NCBI GenBank assembly: GCA_018373675.1
Contig: JAHAGQ010000010.1
Location: forward strand, 1,349 to 65,348
Reading direction: 5' to 3'
DNA: 64,000 nt
Source: Collinsella sp.
GTDB lineage: Bacteria > Actinomycetota > Coriobacteriia > Coriobacteriales > Coriobacteriaceae
Part shown: one piece after another, positions 27,306-36,765 of the stretch
How the letters are laid out: each line of letters starts with the position of its first letter
Position numbering within the stretch: the first letter of the stretch is position 1
The notes under the pieces: model-generated
What the model was told of the DNA's origin: nothing
Database searches by the model: none
Seen by the model: the letters and a program-made list of their open reading frames with translations, nothing else
Program-made: the position numbers and the translations under genes

Positions 27306-28721
27306 ATGGGAGGATACGTGAACCGCACCAAAATCGCGCAGCTCTATGCCGATGCCGAGTCGCTCGGCGGGCAGACCGTCACCGTCGCCGGCTGGGTCAA
27401 GTCCGTCCGCGACATGAAGAACTTTGGCTTTGTTACGCTCAACGACGGCAGCTGCTTCCGCGACCTGCAGGTCGTCATGAACCGCGAGGCACTCGACAAC
27501 TACGACGAGATCGCCCATCAAAACGTCTCGGCCGCACTCATTTGCACCGGCACCGTCAAGCTGACCCCCGATGCGCCCCAGCCTTTCGAGCTTTCTGCCA
27601 CCTCCATCGAGGTCGAGGGCGTCAGCGCCCCGGATTACCCGCTGCAGAAGAAGCGCGCAACCGTCGAGTTCCTGCGCACCCAGCAGCACCTGCGTCCGCG
27701 CACCAACCTGTTCCGCGCCGTGTTCCGCATCCGCTCTGTCGCGGCTGCCGCCATCCACCGCTTCTTCCAGGAGCAGGGCTTTGTCTACGTCAACACCCCC
27801 ATCATCACCACGAGTGACTGCGAGGGCGCCGGCGAGATGTTCCGCGTGACCACGCTCGACCCCAAAAATCCGCCCCTCACCGAGTCCGGCGAGGTCGACT
27901 GGAGCCAGGACTTCTTCGGCAAGCATGCAAGCCTCACCGTGTCCGGCCAGCTCAATGCCGAGAACTTTGCCATGGCCTTTGGCGACGTGTACACCTTTGG
28001 CCCCACCTTCCGTGCCGAGAACTCCAACACCACGCGCCACGCCGCCGAGTTTTGGATGATCGAGCCCGAGATGGCCTTTGCCGACCTTAACGACTACATG
28101 GATAACGCCGAGGCCATGCTCAAGTACGTCCTTAAGGACGTCATGGCCACCTGCCCCGACGAGCTCAATATGCTCAACAAGTTTGTGGACAAGGGTCTGC
28201 TCGAGCGCCTGGACCATGTCGCCAACTCCGACTTCGCCCGCGTTACCTACACCGAGGCCGTCGAAATCCTGGAGCAGGCAGTCGCTGCTGGCCACCAGTT
28301 TGATTACCCTGTCAGCTGGGGCATCGACCTGCAGACCGAGCACGAGCGCTTCCTGACCGAGGAGCACTTTAAGCGCCCGACCTTCGTGACCGACTACCCG
28401 GCCGAGATCAAGGCGTTCTACATGCGCATGAACGAGGACGGCAAGACCGTCGCCGCCGCCGACTGCCTGGTTCCCGGTATCGGCGAGATTATCGGCGGCT
28501 CCCAGCGCGAGGAGCGCCTGGATCTGCTCGAGGCCCGCATCAAGGACCTGGGCATGAATCCCGAGCAGTACAAGTACTACCTTGACCTGCGCCGCTACGG
28601 TTCCTGCAAGCACGCCGGCTACGGTCTGGGCTTCGAGCGCTTGGTCATGTATCTGACCGGCGTGGGCAACATCCGCGACGTCCTGCCGCACCCGCGCACC
28701 GTGGGCAACGCCGACTTCTAA
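27306..28721 (+). CDS. asnS: Asparagine--tRNA ligase
   Basis: Class II aaRS motifs ([39 protein letters not shown]) and an N-terminal OB fold. ATG at 27306; a GTG at 27318 is an alternative start. Confidence 0.9.
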   Translation: MGGYVNRTKIAQLYADAESLGGQTVTVAGWVKSVRDMKNFGFVTLNDGSCFRDLQVVMNREALDNYDEIAHQNVSAALICTGTVKLTPDAPQPFELSATSIEVEGVSAPDYPLQKKRATVEFLRTQQHLRPRTNLFRAVFRIRSVAAAAIHRFFQEQGFVYVNTPIITTSDCEGAGEMFRVTTLDPKNPPLTESGEVDWSQDFFGKHASLTVSGQLNAENFAMAFGDVYTFGPTFRAENSNTTRHAAEFWMIEPEMAFADLNDYMDNAEAMLKYVLKDVMATCPDELNMLNKFVDKGLLERLDHVANSDFARVTYTEAVEILEQAVAAGHQFDYPVSWGIDLQTEHERFLTEEHFKRPTFVTDYPAEIKAFYMRMNEDGKTVAAADCLVPGIGEIIGGSQREERLDLLEARIKDLGMNPEQYKYYLDLRRYGSCKHAGYGLGFERLVMYLTGVGNIRDVLPHPRTVGNADF

Positions 28722-28767
28722 TCGTCGGACGCTAGCTCGCGTCGCCACACGCCAACGCTCATCGCAT

Positions 28768-28806
28768 AAGCGTCTCTCGACATCGGTCGAGAGACGCTTT
28801 TTTCAA
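28768..28806 (+). terminator. Intrinsic terminator after asnS
   Basis: AAGCGTCTCTCGAC-atcg-GTCGAGAGACGCTT followed by TTTTTT. Confidence 0.65.
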
Positions 28807-28970
28807 CAGCATCCGTCAAGCTTTTGGCAAGTTTTTGGTCAGTTGAGCAGGGCTGTTGAAAACTCGGCCCGCCGTTTGCCGACGACTACCGACCGCCCAG
28901 AGCGCCCTGCGCCCCTGGGAAAGCCCCACGTCCTAGGCTCCATACCGTCGCCACCCAAAACGGAAAGGAC

Positions 28971-29765
28971 GTGGGCACGATGACCGAAGCCGCTGTTGAA
29001 ACCTACGACACCACGACGAGGGGCGCCGCCTCGATGGCAGCCTATCGCGCCGTTCGCATCCTGCAGCTCTTGAGCGAAAACACCGGCGAAGACAAGGCCA
29101 TGCTTTCCGATGAGCTGATCCGGCGCCTCGCCCATCCCGACGACCCCGCCCGCATGCCCATCTCGGCGGCGCGGCGCAGCATCTACACCGCCATCTCCGC
29201 GCTTCGCCATGCCGGATACGAAATTGAGTACAAACGCGGCGTGGGCTACAAACTTCTTACCCGCCCGCTCACCGATGAAGAGATCATCCGGCTCCACGGT
29301 ATGGTCATGCGCAACCGCTCCACGCCTATCGCTATCCGCAAGAGCATGGCGCAGCACTTAGTTGCCATGGCGAGCGCCGACGTTCGCGGCTACCTCGATA
29401 CACCCGAACCCGCTCCAAGCGCAGGCAGCAAGGCTACCAAGGCAACACGCACGCCCATCAAGCGCATCGACACGTGCGAGCTCGTCGAGCAGGCCATCGA
29501 CCACGGAACCACGGTGAGTTTTGATATTTCGAGCGTCACGACACGCGGCGAAACCGAAGCAGCACGGATGACACTCCGTCCCTTTGCCATCAGGCAGCGC
29601 GATGGCATCTCGTATCTGCTGGGAACGGTCTACGACGCCCGAGGCACCGACGATACGCTGCGCACCGTCGAGATCGCCCGTATGAGAAACGTCACCACAC
29701 GTCTCCTCGACGGCAAGAAGCTCTTCGCCGCCCTAGACGAGGACGACGCCTCCTCCGCCGCATAA
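28971..29765 (+). CDS. HTH-WYL domain transcriptional regulator
   Basis: N-terminal DeoR-like HTH (AYRAVRILQLLSENTG) and a C-terminal WYL-type domain (MTLRPFAIRQRDGISYLLGTVYDARG...RTVEIARMRNV). Confidence 0.7.
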   Translation: MGTMTEAAVETYDTTTRGAASMAAYRAVRILQLLSENTGEDKAMLSDELIRRLAHPDDPARMPISAARRSIYTAISALRHAGYEIEYKRGVGYKLLTRPLTDEEIIRLHGMVMRNRSTPIAIRKSMAQHLVAMASADVRGYLDTPEPAPSAGSKATKATRTPIKRIDTCELVEQAIDHGTTVSFDISSVTTRGETEAARMTLRPFAIRQRDGISYLLGTVYDARGTDDTLRTVEIARMRNVTTRLLDGKKLFAALDEDDASSAA

Positions 29766-29925
29766 GACCCTCCGCCGCCCATTCGACTACCCGTACCGCC
29801 CATCCGATTCTGTATTAAAAAACCCGCCAGGCTGTTGTAAAAATGGACATCAGCGCTACTATAGTTCCACTTGCACTTTGTCCCAGTGCAGTGTTTCCAG
29901 CCATTTTTATACTGGGGGTAATGAT

Positions 29926-30906
29926 ATGAAGGACATCACCATCAGCCGCAGGAGCCTTCTGGTCTCCGCTGGCCTGCTCGCGCTCGCCCCGCTCGCCGGA
30001 TGCGGCGGCAACTCTGGTTCCGGCTCTGCTGCCGCCGGTTCCGACTACACTATCGGCGTTCTGCAGCTCACCGAGCACTCCGCACTCGATGCCGCCAACG
30101 ACGGCTTTGTCAAGGCCATCAAGGAGAGCGGCCTTAAGGTCAAGATCGACCAGAAGAACGCCCAGAACGACCAGTCCACGTGTAAGTCCATTGCTGACAA
30201 GTTTGTGGGCGACAACGTCAACCTGATTTATGCCATCGCCACGCCCGCCGCGCAGGCTGCCGCCGGCGCCACGGCCGATATCCCCATCGTGGGCTGCGCC
30301 ATCACCGACTACGCCGCCTCCGGCCTGGTCCAGGACAACGACAAGCCGGGCACCAACGTCACGGGCGCTTCCGACCTCACCCCGGTCGCCGAGCAGCTCG
30401 AGATGATGCAGAAGGTCCTGCCCGACGTTAAAAAGGTCGGCCTGCTCTACTGCACCGCCGAGTCCAACTCCGACGTCCAGATCAAGGCCGCCGAGAAGGA
30501 GCTCGACAAGCTGGGCCTCGAGTACACCGATTTCACCGTCTCGAGCTCCAACGAGATTCAGTCCGTCGTCGAGTCTGCCGTGGGCAAGGTCGACGCGCTG
30601 TACTCCCCCACCGACAACACCATCGCCGCGGGCGCCTCGCAGGTGGGCCAGATCTGCAAGGAGAACAAGCTTCCCTTCGTGACTGGCGAGGAGGGCATGT
30701 GCATGGCCGGCGGCCTGTTCACCCTCTCCATCAATTACGAGGATCTGGGCTACGCCGCGGGCGAGATGGCCGTCAAGATTCTGAAGGGCGAGGCCAAGCC
30801 CGAAGACATGCCTATCAAGCACCTCTCGAGCAAGGACCTGGTCGTCGTCAAGAACGACGAGATGGCCGAGGCCCTGGGCATCGACCTTTCCGCTCTGGAC
30901 GCGTAA
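29926..30906 (+). CDS. ABC transporter substrate-binding lipoprotein (ABC_sub_bind-like)
   Basis: Signal peptide with lipobox LAGC (MKDITISRRSLLVSAGLLALAPLAGCGG). RBS GGGGG with a 7-nt spacer before the ATG at 29926; the track TTG start at 29878 is unlikely. Confidence 0.8.
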   Translation: MKDITISRRSLLVSAGLLALAPLAGCGGNSGSGSAAAGSDYTIGVLQLTEHSALDAANDGFVKAIKESGLKVKIDQKNAQNDQSTCKSIADKFVGDNVNLIYAIATPAAQAAAGATADIPIVGCAITDYAASGLVQDNDKPGTNVTGASDLTPVAEQLEMMQKVLPDVKKVGLLYCTAESNSDVQIKAAEKELDKLGLEYTDFTVSSSNEIQSVVESAVGKVDALYSPTDNTIAAGASQVGQICKENKLPFVTGEEGMCMAGGLFTLSINYEDLGYAAGEMAVKILKGEAKPEDMPIKHLSSKDLVVVKNDEMAEALGIDLSALDA

Positions 30907-31109
30907 TGCTATACGCGGCATGCGTCTAGAGCCCGTGCTCGCGCTTTAGCTGCGTTATTCAATATCTGAGCCACAGGGGCGGGCGCTGTAGACCGGCGTC
31001 CGCCCTGCTTGTTTCAGGTAAAACAAAACGTCTGTCCGCAGCTCTTCTATGCATTGTTACCGCTATTATGGTGAATCACGTGTCCACCCTATCCTAGGAG
31101 GTATGAAGC

Positions 31110-32033
31110 ATGCTCATTGCATTGCAGGGCGCCGTTTCGCAGGGCGTCCTCTGGGGCATTATGGTGCTTGGCGTGTTTATCACGTTCCGCCTGCTCGACA
31201 TTCCCGATATGACCTGCGACGGCAGCTTTGCCCTCGGCGGCTGCGTCTGCGCTGTGCTCATCGTCAATAACAACGTCGACCCGCTGCTCGCCGTGCTGGC
31301 CGGTATGTGCGCCGGCGCCATCGCGGGTGCCGTCACGGGCATTTTGACCACCGTCTTCGAGATTCCCGCGATCCTCGCCGGAATCCTCACCCAGATCAGC
31401 CTGTGGTCCATCAACCTGCGCATCATGGGCAAGTCCAATACGCCCATTCTTGCCAAGGGCACCGTGTTTTCGGCCGTCAGCAATATGACCGGCCTGCCGC
31501 AGTCCACCGTTGCCATCATCTTGGGCATCCTGCTCGCCGTGGCTATCGTTGCCATCCTGTATTGGTTCTTTGGCACCGAGATCGGCTCGGCGCTGCGCGC
31601 CACCGGCAACAACGAGTACATGATCCGCGCCCTGGGCGTCAACACCAACTCCACCAAGATGATCGCCCTCGTGCTCTCCAACGCCCTCATCGGCCTTTCG
31701 GGCGCGCTCATCTGCCAGAGCCAAAAGTATGCCGACATTGGTATGGGCACCGGTGCCATCGTTATCGGTCTTGCCGCCATTGTTATCGGTGAGGTGCTCG
31801 GCCGTCTGCTGCCCGGCAGCCTCACGCAGTTTAGCGTCCGTCTTGCCTCCGCCGTCTTTGGCTCCGTGGTGTACTTCCTTATCCGCGCCATCGTGCTGCA
31901 GTTGGGCATGGACGCCAACGACATGAAGCTGCTCTCCGCCGTGATTGTCGCTGTGGCCCTGTGCGTGCCCGTGGTTTGGGAGCGCTATAAGCTCCGCAGC
32001 TCCTACACGAAGGGGGATGAGGCAGATGCTTAA
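31110..32033 (+). CDS. ABC transporter permease
   Basis: 307 aa, polytopic, with branched-chain-type permease fold features. RBS GGAGG. The stop overlaps the next start (ATGCTTAA). Confidence 0.8.
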   Translation: MLIALQGAVSQGVLWGIMVLGVFITFRLLDIPDMTCDGSFALGGCVCAVLIVNNNVDPLLAVLAGMCAGAIAGAVTGILTTVFEIPAILAGILTQISLWSINLRIMGKSNTPILAKGTVFSAVSNMTGLPQSTVAIILGILLAVAIVAILYWFFGTEIGSALRATGNNEYMIRALGVNTNSTKMIALVLSNALIGLSGALICQSQKYADIGMGTGAIVIGLAAIVIGEVLGRLLPGSLTQFSVRLASAVFGSVVYFLIRAIVLQLGMDANDMKLLSAVIVAVALCVPVVWERYKLRSSYTKGDEADA

Positions 32034-32820
32034 GCTCTCGCACGTCAAGAAGACCTTTAACAAGGGCACCGTCACCGAGAAGCGCGCGCTCACCGGCGTC
32101 GACCTCACCCTAAATGACGGCGACTTTGTAACCGTGATCGGCGGCAACGGCGCCGGCAAGTCCACGCTGCTCAACATGATCGCCGGCGTGTACCCGCTCG
32201 ATTCGGGCGTTATTGAGCTCGACGGCACCGACATCTCGCGCCTGAGCGAGTCGCAGCGCGCCAAGTACCTGGGCCGCGTGTTTCAGGACCCCATGCGCGG
32301 TACCGCTGCCGACATGCAGATCGCCGAGAACCTGGCCCTCGCCAAGCGTCGCGGCCAGCGTCGCGGCCTTTCGTGGGGCGTCACCAAGGCCGAAAAAGAT
32401 GAGTACGTCGAGCTGCTCAAGCGCCTGGACCTTGGTCTGGACACGCGTCTCAACGCCAAGGTCGGCCTGCTCTCGGGTGGCCAGCGCCAGGCACTCACCC
32501 TGCTGATGGCCACGCTCACCAGGCCGCGCCTGCTGCTGCTCGACGAGCACACCGCGGCCCTCGACCCCAAGACGGCCTCTAAGGTGCTTAACCTGACCGA
32601 GGAGATCGTCGACGAGAACCACCTGACCACGCTCATGGTCACGCACAACATGAACGACGCCATCCGTCTGGGCAACCGTCTGATCATGATGCACGAAGGC
32701 CATGTGATCTACGACGTGGCCGGTGACGAGAAGAAGTCGCTCACCGTAGCCGACCTGCTACAGAAGTTCGAGGAGGTCTCGGGCGGCGAGCTCGCCAACG
32801 ACCGCATGCTGCTAAGCTAA
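32026..32820 (+). CDS. ABC transporter ATP-binding protein
   Basis: Walker A GGNGAGKST, signature LSGGQRQ, Walker B LLLLDE. ATG at 32026 overlaps the permease stop. Confidence 0.85.
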   Translation: MLKLSHVKKTFNKGTVTEKRALTGVDLTLNDGDFVTVIGGNGAGKSTLLNMIAGVYPLDSGVIELDGTDISRLSESQRAKYLGRVFQDPMRGTAADMQIAENLALAKRRGQRRGLSWGVTKAEKDEYVELLKRLDLGLDTRLNAKVGLLSGGQRQALTLLMATLTRPRLLLLDEHTAALDPKTASKVLNLTEEIVDENHLTTLMVTHNMNDAIRLGNRLIMMHEGHVIYDVAGDEKKSLTVADLLQKFEEVSGGELANDRMLLS

Positions 32821-32825
32821 AACCT

Positions 32826-32859
32826 GCCAAAAAGGGACAGGTTTATTTTGGTAGGTTTT
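32826..32859. repeat. 34-bp terminator-like repeat element (copy 2)
   Basis: GCCAAAAAGGGACAGGTTTATTTTGGTAGGTTTT; near-identical inverted copy at 607-642. Confidence 0.6.
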
Positions 32860-32874
32860 ATCTGCGCAAACGCC

Positions 32875-32914
32875 AAAACCGCCGCAAAGGGACAGAGGCC
32901 CTTGCGGCGGTTTT
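32875..32914. terminator. Bidirectional terminator hairpin with a GGGACAG loop
   Basis: AAAACCGCCGCAA-agggacagaggccc-TTGCGGCGGTTTT. Confidence 0.6.
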
Positions 32915-33156
32915 CGCATATTATGTCGATAATCCGATATTCAACCAGACATTCTGGCTAAGGACTAAGGAAACTGCCATGAAAAGACCTCTTCCCCGTC
33001 TTGCTTGACCGCCGCACTCCTTACCGGCGTGCTCGCCGGCGCCCCAGCTTACGCCACCGCGACCGCCCCATCTCAAGTTATCGGCCCGTCCGATGTGATC
33101 GGACGGGCTTTTTGGTGGGTATCATGGTTGAATGATCATTAGGAGGTTTTCCCTAC

Positions 33157-33924
33157 ATGGAATTGTTTGAGCCGATTCTTCATTTCTTTGAGCAACGGTG
33201 GGTCCACAACATCATCTGGGCCGGCATCTTGGCAATAGGCACGGCAATCGCCACCAAAGTCGTTTCCAAGACGCTGCGCCACCTACTCAACCGCGACGAT
33301 AACCCGCTTCCAGCATCGAGCATCTTCATCAACATCGCTCGCGCCGTCATCTGGATGATCGGCGGCAGCTTTATCCTCGACAACTGCTTTGGCATTAACG
33401 CAAACGCGCTCGTCGCCGCTCTTGGCGTCGGCGGCATCGCCATCTCCCTGGGCTTTCAGGACACGCTCTCAAACCTTATCGGCGGCATGCAGGTGACCTT
33501 TATGGGCATCATCAAGCCTGGCGACAACATCGAGGTCGGTGGTGTATCAGGCGTGGTCCAGGACATCACCTGGCGCCACACGACCATCGAAGATGCCTGC
33601 GGGCAGACTATCATCGTCCCCAACTCCAACATCTCCAAGAACACGCTCGTGCATTTGATGCCCTTTGGGCGCGTAGCCGTCCCCGTCGCGGTGAAAGACC
33701 CCTCAAAATGGGCTTCGCTCGACGCACTGGCAGACGAGCTGACCAGCGCCACTAAAACGGCCGTCTCGCCCATCTCGGGTTTTGACAAGGAGCCGTATGT
33801 GCTCTTTAGCGAGATCGGCGACTTTGGCATTAAGGGCAAGATCATCTTTATCGTCAGCGACGACAGCACCACTTTCACCGCTGCCGACGCCTGCATCCGC
33901 GCCATCGCCCCCATCATTGCCTAA
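33157..33924 (+). CDS. Small-conductance mechanosensitive channel (MscS family)
   Basis: 255 aa with N-terminal TM helices followed by the MscS beta-domain pattern (GDNIEVGGVSGVVQDITWRHTTIEDACGQTIIVPNS). RBS GGAGG. Confidence 0.8.
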   Translation: MELFEPILHFFEQRWVHNIIWAGILAIGTAIATKVVSKTLRHLLNRDDNPLPASSIFINIARAVIWMIGGSFILDNCFGINANALVAALGVGGIAISLGFQDTLSNLIGGMQVTFMGIIKPGDNIEVGGVSGVVQDITWRHTTIEDACGQTIIVPNSNISKNTLVHLMPFGRVAVPVAVKDPSKWASLDALADELTSATKTAVSPISGFDKEPYVLFSEIGDFGIKGKIIFIVSDDSTTFTAADACIRAIAPIIA

Positions 33925-33960
33925 ACCACCACAAAGGGGACAGGCACCTTTGTTGTGGTT
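33924..33960 (+). terminator. Terminator hairpin after the MscS gene with a GGGGACAGG loop
   Basis: AACCACCACAAAGG-ggacaggcac-CTTTGTTGTGGTT followed by a T-run. Confidence 0.55.
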
Positions 33961-34016
33961 TTCATTCGTGGTACCATGGTTCATATAGTTGTTTAAACGA
34001 CTAAGGGAGCAACATC

Positions 34017-35933
34017 ATGGAAGAGGCCTACCGTCAAGCACGCAAGCGCGGCGAGCAAGGACGTCGACGCGCCATTAGTCAAAGCGAGTATCCGTACCTC
34101 ACGGACCTCGATAGCTTGGTTGCCCAGCTCCCCTTAGGCCAGCGAGAGAATGTCGGCCTGAGAGACATTCCGCTCGAAATGGTCGTCGGTACGGTTACCA
34201 AGGGCCGTCAGTCCGCCTTTTCATGCAACTTTATGCCCCTACTGCCGTTTGGCACCGAGTTCGCCCGCAAGTGGTCCAACCTCTACGACATCCAGGTAAC
34301 CGAGGGTTATCGCGACCCCATCATCGTCACCGAGTTCATGCATCGGTTCTATGTCCAGGAAGGCAACAAACGCGTCAGTGTCCTCAAATTCCTGGACGCC
34401 CCGACGGTTTCGGCCAAGGTCACCCGTCTCTACCCCGGCACATGGGATTCCGTCGAAAGCCGCCTGTACGGCGAGTTCTGCGCGTTTTGGCGCGTCTGCC
34501 CCCTATACGAGATCGAGTTCTCGCGTGAGGGAAGCTACGAGACGCTCGCCAAGATGCTCGGTCAGAACCTTATCGAAAAATGGCCGCAGAAAAAGGTCGA
34601 CTACCTGCGCCACACCTTCCTGCTCTTTAAGCGCGCCTACCTTCGCGCAGGCGGCGACCACCTGGACATTACGCCTGCCGACGCCATGCTCGTGTACCTC
34701 AATGTGTACAACCAGGACCGCCTGCTGGATACGCCGACGGATATCGTTGTAAACCGCCTGTGCAAGATTTGGCGCGAGCTGGTCATCGCCGGCAAAAATG
34801 ACGAGGACAAGGTCGATCTTGTCGAAGCACCGAGCGTCGACGAGGAAGAGTCGCCCGCCCAGTCCACCTCCGGTGTGCTCAACTTCTTTATGGGCAAGAC
34901 CGTCTACTCGGTGGCCAACCCCCTGCGCATCGCCTTTATCCATGAGTTCCCCTGTGCGACGTCGAGCTGGGACAGCCTGCACGACCAAGGGCGCCAGTAT
35001 CTCGATGAGCACTTTGGCGGTATCGTGCGCACTGAGGCGTTCGAGGACTGTCACGATCCGGATGTGTTCTACGCCGCCGTGGAAACGGCTGTCAAACATG
35101 GAGCAAACGTCATCTTCTCGACCTCGCACCGCCTGATGGAATACACGCTCAGGGCTGCCGTTGAGTATCCCCAGGTTCGGTTCCTCAACTGCTCTATCGG
35201 CCTTCCCCATCAAAGCGTCCGTTCGTACTTTGGCAAGATGTACGAGGCCAAGTTTCTCCTGGGCGCCCTTGCCGCCAGCATGGCGGACAACCACCGCATC
35301 GGTTACCACGCGTCGGTATTCGCCTCGGGCGCACTCAGCGAGATCAACGCCTTTGCGATTGGCGCCTCGCTGCTCGACCCACGCGCGCAGGTAATCCTCA
35401 CCTGGGGCGATGTGCCTGCAGGTGGTCTTGTCGAGGCCATGTACCGCGAAGGCGTGAGCGTCATGACCGGCGCTGACATGTCAAAGTCGCTCGAAGACCC
35501 AACGGCCTACGGACTCCACCGCCTGGTCGATGGCAAGGTTTCCGGCATCGCCATGCCGGTATGGAACTGGGGCCGTTACTACGAGCTCATCGTTCGCAGC
35601 CTTCTGCACGGTACGTGGGACGAGACCAGCGATGACAACCAAGTGCGCGCCGTCAACTACTGGTACGGCATGAGCTCAGGCGTTATCGACATTCGCTACG
35701 CTCCGGGCCTGCCTTATCAGACGCGCAAGCTTGTTCAGCTCCTCCGCAATGGCATTGTTGAGGGATCCATCAACCCCTTTGGCGGCGAGCTCCACAGCCA
35801 GAACGGCGTGGTACAGATCGAAGGCTTCCCTCCGCTGCCGAGCACGCAGATTGTCGAGATGAATTGGCTGGCGGACAACGTGGTGGGCACCATTCCGCAG
35901 CTCGACGATGAGCCGAAAGTCCCTGCCCTATGA
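34017..35933 (+). CDS. Cytoplasmic fusion protein: N-terminal ParB/DUF262-like domain and C-terminal BMP/PnrA-like nucleoside-binding domain
   Basis: 638 aa with no signal peptide. The N-terminal 270 aa contain DPIIVTEFMHRFYVQEGNKRVSVLKFLDAPTV, which resembles the ParB/Srx/DUF262 strand-[DE]G[QN][HK]R-helix motif. The C-terminal 340 aa align in order with BMP-family lipoproteins (IAFIHEF..SW, GANVIFSTS, EYPQVRFLNCS, GALAASMADNHRIGYHAS). RBS AGGGAG. Confidence 0.6.
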   Translation: MEEAYRQARKRGEQGRRRAISQSEYPYLTDLDSLVAQLPLGQRENVGLRDIPLEMVVGTVTKGRQSAFSCNFMPLLPFGTEFARKWSNLYDIQVTEGYRDPIIVTEFMHRFYVQEGNKRVSVLKFLDAPTVSAKVTRLYPGTWDSVESRLYGEFCAFWRVCPLYEIEFSREGSYETLAKMLGQNLIEKWPQKKVDYLRHTFLLFKRAYLRAGGDHLDITPADAMLVYLNVYNQDRLLDTPTDIVVNRLCKIWRELVIAGKNDEDKVDLVEAPSVDEEESPAQSTSGVLNFFMGKTVYSVANPLRIAFIHEFPCATSSWDSLHDQGRQYLDEHFGGIVRTEAFEDCHDPDVFYAAVETAVKHGANVIFSTSHRLMEYTLRAAVEYPQVRFLNCSIGLPHQSVRSYFGKMYEAKFLLGALAASMADNHRIGYHASVFASGALSEINAFAIGASLLDPRAQVILTWGDVPAGGLVEAMYREGVSVMTGADMSKSLEDPTAYGLHRLVDGKVSGIAMPVWNWGRYYELIVRSLLHGTWDETSDDNQVRAVNYWYGMSSGVIDIRYAPGLPYQTRKLVQLLRNGIVEGSINPFGGELHSQNGVVQIEGFPPLPSTQIVEMNWLADNVVGTIPQLDDEPKVPAL

Positions 35934-36640
35934 AAATCCTTGCCATAGCCGATACCGAAGAACGATGCCTTTGGGAGTGCTTTCGCAAGGAACGCTTTGA
36001 GGGAGTCGACCTGATTTTGTCCGCCGGCGATCTGGACCCGGACTATCTTGAGTTTTTGGTTACGGTCATCAACAAACCGCTCATCTACGTGCGCGGCAAT
36101 CACGATGACCGCTACGCACGTCATGCACCGGGCGGATGTATCTGCGTGGAAGACAGCGTGTACACGTACCGAGGGATTCGCATTGCGGGCCTTGGCGGGT
36201 CCATGCGTTATCGCGACGGCGCCAACATGTACACCGAACGCGAGATGTCCAAGCGCATGCGTAAGCTGTCGCGTAAGGTTAGGATGGTCGGCGGGTGCGA
36301 CATTCTGCTTACCCATGCGCCCGCCGCCGGTATGGGTGATCTGGACGATCTACCGCATCGAGGGTTTGAGTGCTTTAACACGGCGCTTGAGTCCTGGGGG
36401 GCCGGCTACATGGTGCATGGGCATGTACACCAAAGCTACGGTTACGATTTTCAGCGCGAGCGGCAGCATGTGTGTGGAACGACGATCATCAACGCCTGCG
36501 GCCATACGCAGTTTGAGCTCGACCAGACGCACTACCCCATCCGCGGCTGGCAAGCAGCTTGGCTCAACTCACAAACCATGCGCCGCGAGCTCAAACGCCA
36601 CGAAGCCATCGAGTCTTCAACAGCCAGAACACCCTGGTAA
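35930..36640 (+). CDS. Calcineurin-like metallophosphoesterase
   Basis: 236 aa with D..GD (ILSAGDLD), GNHD and GHVH motifs. The ATG overlaps the upstream stop (ATGA), which indicates translational coupling. Confidence 0.75.
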   Translation: MKILAIADTEERCLWECFRKERFEGVDLILSAGDLDPDYLEFLVTVINKPLIYVRGNHDDRYARHAPGGCICVEDSVYTYRGIRIAGLGGSMRYRDGANMYTEREMSKRMRKLSRKVRMVGGCDILLTHAPAAGMGDLDDLPHRGFECFNTALESWGAGYMVHGHVHQSYGYDFQRERQHVCGTTIINACGHTQFELDQTHYPIRGWQAAWLNSQTMRRELKRHEAIESSTARTPW

Positions 36641-36641
36641 C

Positions 36642-36680
36642 CACCATAAAGGGGACACTGTCCCCTTTATGGTGCTTTTG
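36642..36680 (+). terminator. Terminator after the metallophosphoesterase gene
   Basis: CACCATAAAGGGG-acactgt-CCCCTTTATGGTG followed by CTTTTG. Confidence 0.6.
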
Positions 36681-36692
36681 ACGCGATAGCAA

Positions 36693-36728
36693 GAAACCCG
36701 GTCCTGCACAAGGCAGAACCGGGTTTCA
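36693..36728 (-). terminator. Terminator downstream of rplA
   Basis: AAACCCGGT...ACCGGGTTT hairpin with a T-rich tail on the minus strand. Confidence 0.5.
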
Positions 36729-36765
36729 TTAGCAATGCTTGCTGTACTCAGGCAGTAACTAGCAG

